Part shown: positions 39,151 to 50,685 of the stretch, piece after piece
How positions within the stretch are numbered: position 1 is the first letter of the stretch
Layout: every line of letters begins with the position of its first letter
Assembly: GCA_038087875.1 (NCBI GenBank)
Contig: CM075989.1
Coordinates: forward strand, 14,386,001 to 14,450,000
Reading direction: 5' to 3'
Length of the DNA: 64,000 nucleotides
Origin: Malacoraja senta
Taxonomy: Eukaryota
Program-made: the position numbers and the translations under genes
The notes under the pieces: model-generated
What the model saw: only the letters and a program-made list of their open reading frames with translations
Told to the model about the DNA's origin: nothing
The model's database searches: none

Positions 39151-41132
39151 CTCTATTGTGCTGATTCTGCCTTGTTTCTGGAGATGATTGACCACAGTAC
39201 AAAATCTCCTGAAAGTTATCAGCAGTTGAGATGACTACTTCAATTCCTTCAGTGAGCCACTGTGTGAATGCCAGCACAGGGATAGTTGATGGGGTTTCTT
39301 GGTATTGTATTTACTTGATAATGTCGTTAAAACTGATGGACACAGGAATTTCATACAAAGCCTTTAACCATTCATGTGCTGGTTTCTGGAGAGGAGAATG
39401 TCAAGGCTACAGGAAAGATGTGCAAAATAAACTATTCGATCAGTATAAAAGGAAACTTACATGACTTTTTTAAAAATAACCGTTTTAAAAATTGAAAAAC
39501 CAAAGTGTGGGACTTGGCCATTTTTTCTCTCGAATGGCGATAGGCTGATGAGATGGGCCAAGTGGTCAGATCCTGCTCTTGAGTTGTATGTTCCTTTATT
39601 TGTATGTCTAGTTCATTGTTATTTCTAATTCTGGTAGTTACATTTGGCTCTATGGTCACCACTGCTCACATTTACCTTGGTGAGATGTTAGATGTGAACT
39701 AAGGTGACCCAACTACCCAGGAGCATCTGTAGCTGGGTAGGGTGGGGGGAAGAGGTGTAGCATCACCTCAGCCACGGGGAGGACTGAGCCAGTGCTCTCC
39801 CCACTGACAACGTATGACCTGAGACATTTGTAGAGAAGCCTCACCTTCTGTCAACTCGCTGAAGCTTTTGTAATAGATTTTAAATGTTTTTAACAGAGAG
39901 AGCGACTTAAAAGCTGTCGGGATTACTGACAATTATCATTTAAAAAAAGCCAGATCAAAATGTAAACAAAATCAAAAACATATTTACATACTGATAAATA
40001 ATTTAAAACGTTAAAGTAAAGTAAATTAAAAATCAAACTATTTGATTTATCTTTCTCCTCCTAACTTCCAGCCAGAAATTCCCACTCAAGCCTACGGAGC
40101 TTCCTATACTGTGCCCCCTTCTGTTGGTCTAGAGTGCGAGTGGGAGATTCCCTAACATTGTGCTGGGGAGGAGTTGATGTAGGATTGCTGGTGTAGGGGT
40201 GTGTGAGGATTGTTAGAGTTGCTCATTATGGTGGAAGATTGTTGTTAGTGCTGGTGTTTTGGTGTGAGGCTGCTGGATGGATTGAACTGCTGGGTTGTCG
40301 GTTGGTCCTGTTGGTGCAGGGTTGTTGTTGGTGATGTTGCAGTTGATACAAAGGGCTGTTGCTTCAGTAGTTGAAGAAAGATGAGTATCAGAGGGTTGTT
40401 TTCTGGCAGTAAAAACATCCTGAACTCTCAATTCTTCCTCGTGTCCGGCCATCTTCTATATCACGTCTTTCCGGTCGGTCAGTGACGGTTGCAGAATTGG
40501 TTGCTTCAGTCAGTCACTGTGGTACAGTTTCTGTCGTCAGCATTGCCCAGGATGCGCCACGTGGAGGCTTCTGCTTGCATCCCGAACTCTCAGTGGATTC
40601 TCACTAATCTTTCAGTGGTAGTCAAAGGTGCACTTTAGCCTATAAAAATTCTTATATTAAAGTTTAAGACACATATTTTAGATTTTGTTGTACTTCTCTG
40701 CAGCAAATATGAGTAATCGAATGCAGAGCATTGAATGATGGTAAGGCACTGATATTCTCTCCATCCTTGCAGATGAACACTCTAAATGAGGTATCCTCCA
40801 CCCCACCTCATGCCCCATACTAACTGGCACCAAAAACCGTGGGAAGTCCATGTGGCTTGGATTTCTGGGATCAATACTTGAGGCTGTGCATCTGAAAATG
40901 TCCGGAATTGTCAAGACCTCATGAGTTCAATCTCAAAGTGTTGTAAATTGGTGGATGGGTTACTAAACTTTGCTCAGTTAGACAACAGTATGATCTTTGG
41001 AATTTAAATATTTATTCCTCTTGTTGTTCTCAGCACATCTGATGGTGCCGAGAAAATTGCAATGGCATTGTTCCCACCAGTTTTCTATAATGTTGTTAAT
41101 TAAAGCATGTTCTTGAATTCTTCATCCTGTAG

Positions 41133-41280
41133 CAATATTTCCATGCTGGAGGAAATGGCTTGAAGAAGACATTCCTAGAGAAGAGCCCCGACTTGCTGTC
41201 CTTGAAATATGCACTCAGCCTCTACACCCAGACAACAGATGCCCTGATTAAAAAATTTGTCAACACTCAGTCTTCACAAG
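41133..41280 (+). CDS. UNC13C: UNC13C coding exon, end of MUN/MHD2: [49 protein letters not shown]
   Basis: Acceptor cctgtag| and donor |gtagga; 148 nt, phase 0 to 1. Highly conserved Munc13 motif [29 protein letters not shown]. Confidence 0.95.
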
Positions 41281-42729
41281 GTAGGATGCAACAAACTGCA
41301 TTGTACAATGATTATGGTTAAGTTCGTTAGGGCGTACTGTGATCCACCGTGAGGTGCTGATTGTTTCTTTCTTCAGTTAAAGCTAACATTTCATTTAAAT
41401 GGCATGAAGAAAATCCCAGTTTAAAAAAGCACTCTCAGAGAATACCTTGAAATGTCATTTACGTTTTGGCTCGGTTAAGTTAAATATTGATTACAAAACT
41501 TGAATAAATTGTTGAAAAGGTTTGTTGTTTCTGTGTGGTTGCCACAGAGAGTAAGTGGGCCTTTAAGGGCTGTTCATCTTCACTGCATATCAACAGTAAA
41601 GTGAAGGGAGCTGTACTGACTGAGTGGGATGCTGCCAGGAATTGTGCAAGTGACATTTGACTATTATTGATGTCGACTATTATTGCCCTGAGATCCGTAA
41701 TTACATACACTTACCACCATTTTTATTTCATTCAAACTATGAGTTTATCTTACATAAAGTCTTGGTGTCACACTCATAATAAAAAATTATCTATTCATTT
41801 ATAACGTAATAATCAAAGTTACGAATGATACTGGTCACTAATTCAGAATGTACAATCCATCTGTTAACTCCACATGAGCAACAATTAAAGTGGTCATTAA
41901 ATAAAGATGTAAAATGTAATGAGCTCAAGCTGAAATTTAATGAACAAATTAGTTGTAAAATAAATTTATGTGGCATTCGATGAGGTCAAATGAAACTGAT
42001 ATGTGTAAGTACAGATAGGTGTGTTTGATCCTATAGAGCAGCAGCATATAAAAGGAACCAAAGGCAGTGAAAGCTCAATGTCAGTGTCGTAGTCACAGAG
42101 CCTGGAAGATAAGAGGAATGGAAGCCAGCTTTCCAACTCTGCATTGTGATCATTTCAAAAATGTGGTGGAATAGAACGCAGAAAAGATAAGTTAGAGGGA
42201 AGAACTCTGTTCTTTAAGCTACCTGCACGTACTGCAATTTCACAAACTTGCTTCTGCTCTAGTTTTCTGTATTCAGAGGTAGCTGGAGAAATCATCTTGA
42301 GAACCAGAGACCACTACGATTGGAGCAGGGGTGAGCGGTGCCTCATCTGGAGAGCAACTAATGGTTTTTACTGGGCTTCCGCATGGAACTCACCAAGGGA
42401 CTCGGTGTGATCCTGAGGACTCCTCCTCCATTTTCAGGGATGAAGAACTATGGGCTCCCAGGAATTAGTGGGAAATTACATATTTTAAGGAAACCATGAG
42501 AACTGTTTAGAGGGATATGGTCCAAACCTGTCAGGTAGGACGAGTGCACATGGGGCATCTAGGTCGACATGGGCAAGTTGGGCTGAAGGGTCTGTTTTCT
42601 GTGCTGTGTATCTCTATGACTAGAGCAAGCTGAATTATTTTCTCTGGCCTCCTGATAAACCTGCCATAATGCAGCTGGGAATGGAGTGTTAATTCTTGAG
42701 CCTGGTGTTGGGCATGTGAAAGAACCAGT

Positions 42730-42962
42730 TGAATGGAGTTAACATTTTCTCCATGTGACCATGTGGGCTTCCTCTGGATACTCCAGTTTCCAGATATGTG
42801 CAGATACATAGGTTAATTGGCTTCTGTAAAACTGCTCCTAAAAATATAAAGTGCGAATGAGAAAGTGCGTAAACTAGTGTGAACTAGTGTGAACGGGTGA
42901 TCGTGTGGACTGAGTGGGCCAAAAGGCCTGTTTCCATGCTATATCTCTAAATTAAATTAAAT
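42730..42962 (+). mobile_element. Degenerate V-SINE 3' part
   Basis: ttctccatgtgaccatgtgggcttcctc...ggcctgtttccatgctatatctctaaattaaa. Confidence 0.7.
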
Positions 42963-43227
42963 GTTAAATTTTTTATATTTCTTAAATTCCTGTTGATTGT
43001 GATTCAGTTAGGATTTTGATATAATGTTTTAAAGTGGAAAGTAAAATGTCCCAAAGTGACATAAAACTCCAACAGAAACATTCAACCTATTAAATCTGTA
43101 TCGGCATTGAACTTCTGCACAAGTATTCATACTTGGAAATCTGACATTATTTTCAGGTGTGTTAAAGAGGCATAAAATTAAAAATGCTCGAAATTGTCAA
43201 TTGATTGTTAAACTTCATACTAAAGTT

Positions 43228-43982
43228 CATCTAAATGTTGGCCGACTAGGAAAAGGGGAGATGCAGCGAGACCTGGGTGTCATGGTACACCAGTCATTGA
43301 AAGTAGGCATGCAGGTGCAGCAGGCAGTGAAGAAAGCAAATGGTATGTTAGCTTTCATAGCAAAAGGATTTGAGTATAGGAGCAGGGAGGTTCTACTGCA
43401 GTTGTACAGGGTCTTGGTGAGACCACACCTGGAGTATTGCGTACAGTTTTGGTCTCCAAATCTGAGGAAGGACATTATTGCCATAGAGGGAGTGCAGAGA
43501 AGGTTCACCAGACTGATTCCTGGGATGTCAGGACTGTCTTATGAAGAAAGACTGGATAGACTTGGTTTATACTCTCTAGAATTTAGGAGATTGATAGAAA
43601 CTTACAAAATTCTTAATGGGTTGGACAGGTTAGATGCAGGAAGATTGCTCCCGATGTTGGGGAAGACCAGGACAAGGGGTCACAGCTTAAGGATAAGGGG
43701 GAAATCCTTTAAAACCGAGATGAGAAGAACTTTTTTCACACAGAGAGTGGTGAATCTCTGGAACTCTCTGCCACAGAGGGTAGTTGAGGCCAGTTCATTG
43801 GCTATATTTAAGAGGGAGTTAGATGTGGCCCTTGTGGCTAAAGGGATCAGAGGGTATGGAGAGAAGGCAGGTTCGGGATACTGAGTTGGATGATCAGCCA
43901 TGATCATATTGAATGGCGGTGCAGGCTCGAAGGGCCGAATGGCCTACTCCTGCACCTAATTTCTATGTTTCTATGTTTCTAT
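43228..43982 (+). mobile_element. CR1 LINE 3' fragment (young, same subfamily as 19518)
   Basis: ORF2 C-terminus within ORF 43159-43884; (tctatgtt)n tail. Confidence 0.95.
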
Positions 43983-43996
43983 ACTGATCTGGCAGC

Positions 43997-44296
43997 AACA
44001 TAGAAACATAGATGCAGGAGTAGGCCTATCAGCCCTTCGAGCCAGCACCGCCATTCAATATGATCATGGCTGATCATCCAAAATCAGTACCCTGTTCCTG
44101 TTTTCACCCCATATCCCTTGATTCCGTTTGCCCTAAGAGCTATATCCAGTGAATTGGCCTCCACTGCCTTCTGCAGATTCACAACTGTCTGGGTGAAAAG
44201 GTTTTTCCTCATTTCAGTCCTAAATGGCCTACCCCTTATTCTTACACTGTGACTCCTGGTTCTGGACTCTCCCAACATGGGAACATTTTTCCTGCA
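43997..44296 (-). mobile_element. CR1 3' fragment, tail-to-tail with the previous copy
   Basis: aacatagaaacatag...; minus frame MLGESRTRSHSVRIRGRPFRTEMRKN. Confidence 0.9.
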
Positions 44297-44540
44297 GCAA
44301 GAAATGCTGCATAAACATTTTGTTGGGTTACATATACTCACGACAAAATAAGCATTTATTTTGGGGCTAAATTACCTTCTCTTGCTTCTATTTCATTTTC
44401 TGAAATATTCTTATGGAAGGCCACTGGACAGCTGCCATAAGGAAAGCCTCCCCTTGGATCAGGTACTGAAAGTGTAAGATGATTACTGTAAAGTGAGAAA
44501 TGTAGAATATCTGGAACCTGAGTAATAAGTAATAATCTTA

Positions 44541-44697
44541 TGTGTAGGAAGGAACTACAGATGTTAGTTTACACCGAAGATAGATACAAAATGCTGGAGT
44601 AACTCAGTGGGACAGGGAGCATCTATGGAGAGAAGGAATGGGTGATGTTTCGGGTCGAGACCCTTCTTCAGACTGAGAGTAAAATCTTATTATGAGC
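44541..44697 (-). mobile_element. Short Penelope-like terminus with intact hammerhead core (44647-44671) and 12-bp flanking direct repeat
   Basis: Minus strand CTGAAGAAGGGTCTCGACCCGAAACATC; GTAATAATCTTA at 44529-44540 and 44698-44709. Confidence 0.8.
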
Positions 44698-45069
44698 GTA
44701 ATAATCTTACATCTGTAAACACTTGGATGGAATTGGTTGAAATGTATTCACTGGACTAAGAGCAGACTGGACTAAGAGCAGTGTGGATGAATTCAATGCC
44801 AAATTAGTTACAGAAAGAAATAGAGAGCAAAATTGATTGACTCAATAGAGAGAAAGAACAAGAACATCATTTGATGTTTAAATTTGCAATGACATTTAAA
44901 ACTCAAAGGGATGAAATGCTATGCATATAAATCCATTTCTAATGCCAGACCGTTTGAATGGCAGTAACTGCGACTTAGGGCATTGTTAGACCTCTACTTG
45001 GCTTACAATTGACAAGATACACTAACCTCACATCATCCATCAGTTGTGAACCAGATAGTTTCATGCACC

Positions 45070-45636
45070 GACAAAGGACAAAGGACATTTATTTGTCACG
45101 TACACCAATTGGTGTAGTGAAATTTGTCTTGCCATGCAGCACACAGATAAAGATAAGACACAACATTAAAGAATTTAACAATAAACATAAAAACATCCCC
45201 CCACAATGGTTCCCACTGTGAGGGAAGGCACAGAGTCCAGTCCCCATCCCCTTGTCCACCCATAGTCGGGCCTATTGAGGCCTCCGCAGTCGCCGCTACG
45301 GGGCCCGATGTTTCAGGCCCTTCTTCGCCGGGTGATGGTGCTCCGGCTTCGGGAGAACCCTCTCAGAAGCTTGGGACACCTGGAGCGGCCGCTTCCTAAC
45401 TGGAGACCGCGGCTTCCGAAGCCGACAGGCCGCGTTCGATGGAGCTTCACCACTGGCGATCTCGTCGCGAGATCCCAGGCTCCCGGTGAAAAGTTCAGCG
45501 CAGCTGGCCGCTCCACAGTCCCGCAGCTCCGCGATGTTCACCTGCGGTCTCAGCATTCCGGAGCTCCAGCGCGGCGACCCGGGGCAAGGCATCGCCCACT
45601 CCGCGATAGTGCTCCAGCGCTTGTGCCGTCGGCGAG
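45070..45636 (-). mobile_element. GC-rich non-autonomous element with a Rex1/Babar-like 3' tail
   Basis: Shares body motif and 3' hairpins with 53432-54287 and 49330-49569; tail TGACAAATAAA plus (tgtcctt)n. Confidence 0.7.
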
Positions 45637-45742
45637 CAGCACAATTTAGACACAATTCTGGAATACTCCAGTTTAACTGTACTTTTTTCAAGTGCCTTAT
45701 TTGCTCCCAAATATAAATGAGGCTCATCAGCCTCATTATATT

Positions 45743-45855
45743 GAAGATAGACACAAAATGCTGGAATAACTCAGCAGGTCGGGCAGATGCTGAGTTACTC
45801 CAGCATTTTGTATCTATCTTCGGTGTAAACCAACATCTGTCGCTCCTTCCTACAG
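45743..45855. mobile_element. Palindromic Penelope-like terminus
   Basis: 34-bp inverted arms 45743-45776 and 45788-45821 (32/34 complementary). Confidence 0.78.
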
Positions 45856-46324
45856 AGCATCATTATTGTCTGATCCACATTCTTATGCAAAGGGAATCGT
45901 CTATGTTTTAAGCTGTATTACTTCATCATCCTGCACCACAAGGGATAAACATTTATTGTCCAACAAAAGCACCAGAATTATTAAAGAGATTCATGGCTGA
46001 TTTGCCTGTAAACTCTTTCTGCATTCAAAATTATGTGGGAGACGACAAATTTCTAAAATAAAACTATCTTCCCATAACCAAATGACTAGAGGCTTCAACT
46101 ACATTATGTGACATTCCACATAGAAAACCTGAACATCAAATTACAGTAAAACTATAATAATCTGCTATCCCAATTTTGTTGACTTCCTGATGGTTCAGTA
46201 TCAACAGGTGATGTTTCCTGTACTCACTTTCTATTCTCTGGCCCCAATTCTTGCAATCGCTTACCTCTCACTGGGGCCCCAGTTCCTGCTCTCCCTTCCC
46301 ACTCACTGGGACCTCAAAGGCACT

Positions 46325-47666
46325 CAATAAACAATAGACAATAGGTGCAGGAGTAGGCCATTTGGCCCTTCGAGCCAGCACCGCCATTCAATGTGATCAT
46401 GGCTGATCATCCCCAATCAGTACCCCGTTCCTGCCTTCTCCCCATATCCTCTGACTCCACTATCTTTAAGAGCTCTATCCAACTCTCTCTTGAAAGCATC
46501 CAGAGAACCGGCCTCCACCACCCACTGAGGCAGAGAATTCCACAGACTCACAACACTCTGTGTGAAAAATTATTTCCTCATCTCCGTTCTAAATGGCTTA
46601 CTCCTTATTCTTAAACTGTGGCCCCTGGTTCTGGACTCCCCCGACATCGGGAACATGTTTCCTGCCTCTAGCGTGTCAAAACCCTTAATAATTTTATATG
46701 TTTCAATAGGATACCCTCTCATCCTTCTAAACTCCAGAGTATACAAGCCCAGCCGCTCTATTCTCTCAGCATATGACAGTCCCACCATCCTGGGAATTAA
46801 CTTTGTGAACCTACGCTGCACTCCCTCAATAGCAAGAATATCCTTCCCCAAATTTGGAGACTAAAACTGCACACAATAATCCAGGGGTGGTCTCACTATG
46901 GCCCTATACAACTGCAGAAGGACCTCCTGTAGGTAGACAAAAGTGCTGGAGGAACTCAGCGGGTGCCGCAGCATCTATGGAGCGAAGGAAATAGGTAACG
47001 TTTCGGGCCGAAACCCTTCTTCAGACTTTCAGTGACTTCCTTTCTGTGACTGATGAACAAGGACCCCCAGATCCCGTTGTACTTCCCCTTTTCCCCAACT
47101 TGACACCATTTAGATAATAATCTGCCACCAAATCTGCCACTGTTTTTGCCACCAGAGTGGATAACCTCACATTTATCCACATTAAACTGCATCTGCCATG
47201 CATCTGCCCACTCACCCAACCTGTCCAAGTCACCTTGCATCCTCATAGCATCCTCCTCACAGTTCACACTGCCACCCAGCTTTGTGTCATCTGCAAATTT
47301 GCTAATGTTACTTTTAATCCCTTCATCTAAATCATTAATATATATTGTAAATAGCTGCGGTCTCAGCACTGAGCCTTGCGGTACCCCACTAGTCACTGCC
47401 TGCCATTCTGAAAGGGACCCGTTTATCCCTACTCTTTGTTTCCTGTCTGCCAACCAATTTTCTATCCATGTCAGCACCCTACCCCCAATACCATGTGCTC
47501 TAATTTTGCCCACTAATCTCCTATGTGGGACCTTATCAAATGCTTCTGAAAGTCCAGATACACTACATACACTGGCTCTCACTTGTCCATTTTCCTAGTT
47601 ACATCCTCAAAAAAATCCAGAAGATTTGTCAAGCATGATTTCCCCTTCTTAAATCTATACTGACTC
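46325..47666 (-). mobile_element. CR1 LINE fragment (RT core to 3' end) with a nested Penelope terminus
   Basis: AFDKVPHRRL...TSGVPQGSVL.PQLFTIYINDL...FADDTKLGG; (ctattgt)n tail. Confidence 0.95.
46928..47027 (-). mobile_element. Short Penelope-like terminus with intact hammerhead core (47000-47024)
   Basis: Minus strand agtCTGAAGAAGGGTTTCGGCCCGAAACGTTacc plus tail. Confidence 0.82.
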
Positions 47667-47887
47667 CCTTTGAACTGGTTCATTGGAAATTTTCCAATTA
47701 CATAGCAGAACATCTAAAACAATGAATTAAAAGAGTTTTAAAGTATTAATGGAAACAACAAGTGAAAGGCAGTTTGAATTTTACTATAAATTTCTGGAGT
47801 TTCAAATAATTGATTCACCCAGGAAAAATGTATAAGATTTGTTCCCTTCAAATTAAAGAGAGAACTAGATAAATGTCTGAACTATCA

Positions 47888-48155
47888 CTGAAGAAGGGTC
47901 CTCACCTGAAATATCACCTATCCATGTTCTCCAGAGATGCTGCCTGACCTGCTGAGTCACTCCAGCACTCTGTAAAACGTCACCTATCCATGTTCTCCAG
48001 AGACACTGCCTGACCTGGTGAGTCACCTATCCATGTTCTCCAGAGATGCTGCCTGACCCGCTGAGTCACTCCAGCACTCTGTAAAACGTCACCTATCCAT
48101 GTTCTCCAGAGATGCTGCCTGACCCGCTGAGTCACTCCAGCACATTGCGTCTATC
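47888..48155 (+). repeat. Hammerhead core followed by four tandem copies (~50-70 nt) of the Penelope tail
   Basis: CTGAAGAAGGGTCCTCACCTGAAATATC, then a repeated cacctatccatgttctccagagatgctgcctgacc.gctgagtcactccagcac unit. Confidence 0.85.
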
Positions 48156-48925
48156 CTGGATAAATGTTTAGATTGACAGAGAAGGTTTTGTCATAATTCT
48201 TGAATATTGAGTCCAGTGACAGAAATATATCATCTCATCGTTTACATTTCTATGTAAACTTGCTTTTTATTCTTTTATTCTGTTCGAAATAAAGAATTAA
48301 ATAAAAAATAGAAAATAAATAAATAAATAAAGATATGTAAAATTGCTTTCTTATCTGAAGTGAGATATATTGTTCAATTAATAAGGATATGGAAATGTTA
48401 CAACAGCACACTTAACAATTGCTCAGAGAAGTCTTATCAGTCTCCAACTATCCATGAAATGTTGTAGTACATAAAGGGACATTTGGCACATCAGATCCTT
48501 TCAAGTTATTACCTGTTCACCTCTTGCAGTAATACTATTGACTTTAGTCAGGGCTACACCTCAATCCTTATACTGTTGCAGTTGTGGTTGGATTAATATT
48601 AACCAGTATTTTCTGCTTGATTCATTTTAAAACCCAGCACTTAGTTTTGTTTAGATTATTTAACCCGAGTACTACACAAGGAAAACATCCAACTTTAATG
48701 ACTTTAACACCCCTCATCTTCCACTGGAGTAACATGACAACACTTTGCACTAATTCAAGATGTGCATTTTAACCACCTGATAAATAATGCAGAATATCCC
48801 TGGTGTTGGTGGAAGGGCTGTTCACAGTAGTTATTCATTCCAACAACCACGTCTCCAGAAGGAAAGGTCTTCCATAAAAAACAGGTTATCAATGAAACTT
48901 CTATAGAGATATAGATTTTTCCTAC

Positions 48926-49018
48926 GAATAAGGGTCTCGACCCGAAACATCACCCATTCCTTCTCCCCAGAGATGCTGCTTGTCCCGTCGAGTCACTCCA
49001 GCATTACTGTCTACCTTT
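48926..49018 (+). mobile_element. Short Penelope-like terminus with 12-bp flanking direct repeat
   Basis: gaataagggtctcgacccgaaacatc...; GATTTTTCCTAC at 48914-48925 and 49019-49030. Confidence 0.78.
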
Positions 49019-49329
49019 GATTTTTCCTACATTTTGGGCATTCATGCTGCTTATTCACATTAAATGCAATCTTAAATCATCATGGGATTCCCAAATCTTT
49101 TAAAACTGTCAAGAGACCAAGAACTCTTGTGCAGATTCAATTTCTTTGGGAAGACTGCAGTGGCATTTCTTCCAGGAATCCACTTTTATCAAAACACAGA
49201 GCATTGAATTTAATTATAACATTTTAGTTATTTTGCACACAGACTATCCATGTGTTATTAAAATTCTGCTTATGGACACTGTTGTATACAAATGAGCTCC
49301 CATAACATTATTAAATCCAAAAGTACAAC

Positions 49330-49569
49330 ATACATACAATACAATACAATACCGTTTATTGTCATTTGAACCTCAAATGAAGTTCAAACGAAATTTGGAT
49401 TCTGCAGTCATACAAACAAGTAAAAAGAACCAAGACACAACACAATTTACACAAACATCCATCACAGTGAATCTCCTCCTCACTGTGATGGAAGGCAAAG
49501 TCTTATCCCTCCCCTGCACTCCCCATTCTCCTCCCGATGTCAAAGTCAAAGCCCCCGGCGGGCGATGGT
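49330..49569 (-). mobile_element. 3' end of the Rex-tailed non-autonomous family
   Basis: Hairpin TCCATCACAGTG/CACTGTGATGGA, second hairpin, TGACAATAAA and (tattg)n. Confidence 0.7.
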
Positions 49570-49645
49570 AAATAGAGTTTATCCCATAGATACATTGGTT
49601 TCTACAAGTGGCAGTACTAGTTTTCTTTCTCTCTCCACTTTTAAT

Positions 49646-50685
49646 TAGCAATGTTACAAAATTTTGAGATTTTAAAAATAAAGTCTGCAATTTATCCCAT
49701 CAGATAAAGCATAAAAAGAAGTTTAATTTGACACCTAATTCACTTTCATATCTTCAGTATTAAAGAAGTTATGGCCATTTTCATACTAGGAAATTAGCAT
49801 CTTGTTCCCTATTGCTTTTCCATTGACTTAACACAAAAGCTGTGATCGAGGACAGTTAAAAGCCCATAACTTTCTTAAAAATTAAGATAACTGAAAGAAA
49901 TTTTCAGTTATTATAGATTGAAGCATTCTGAAACAAATATGAAACAATCTTACTTAGAAGACATGAAAGTAAAGCATATAATTAGTTAGTTACCTAATTG
50001 TAGCTAATTACAAAATTCAATTACTAGATCTAAACATCTATCAATTTCTTAAGAATAGATTAACATTTTTAAATAGCCTAAGTGTCCAAATAACATTCAC
50101 ACAATAATTCACAATATAACATAATTTTTAAATCTCATTTTCATGAATTTACAGGCCAAATGGAAGGAATTGAATGTTTAATACCTGTAAATTAATGGGC
50201 ATTTAAATCATCTTGTGAGTGAGGATTTCTGGAACGCGATCTTTTGGAACGTTCATTTGTGGAGAATTTAACCCCGTATTGGCATGAAAAATACTGCCGT
50301 TAGTTCGGGGAATAAAATCACCGTTTCGCATGTAAAAATGTGAATTAAAGGCTTCTTAAGAAGCACTTTTATACATTTAAAGAAACCACTTTCGTTTACC
50401 TGTCCCGTGTGTGAAATCCGTCCCCGTTATCGGCGTTGACGCTTCAGGAGCTGCTTTTAAAATTACTCCAGCGCTGACATTGACGATTTAATAAAAATTA
50501 AAAATTCACAAAACGCCACTAGGAACGATTTTTCAGCAAAAGGTTGTACTCCAACGAAATATAATTCAGGACAAGGGAGGAGAAACCGCGTTTTAACCCC
50601 GCCCCCCCTTAAAGGCGGCAAAATCGCGCACACAGCCAGTGGCAGAATTACAGCGCGACTGAAAGTAAGTATTGTAACATACCTA
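49646..50685. mobile_element. Possible non-autonomous DNA transposon with imperfect terminal inverted repeats
   Basis: TAGCAATGTTACAAAA versus the reverse complement TAGGTATGTTACAATA (13/16); AT-rich body with a CpG-retaining right part. Confidence 0.35.

Noticed and set aside
45308..45332. Minus-strand CCGGCGAAGAAGGGCCTGAAACATC resembling the hammerhead motif inside the GC-rich element
   Set aside because: Lacks CUGA and has no room for a helix II loop; not seen in the 53433 copy.
45275..45754. Overlapping 124-152 aa ORFs on both strands (also around 53548-54147)
   Set aside because: Expected from high GC content in the non-autonomous element; no domain motifs.
47909..48155. Direct repeats that could be taken for a CRISPR array
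   Set aside because: No unique spacers, eukaryotic context, and the unit is the Penelope tail.
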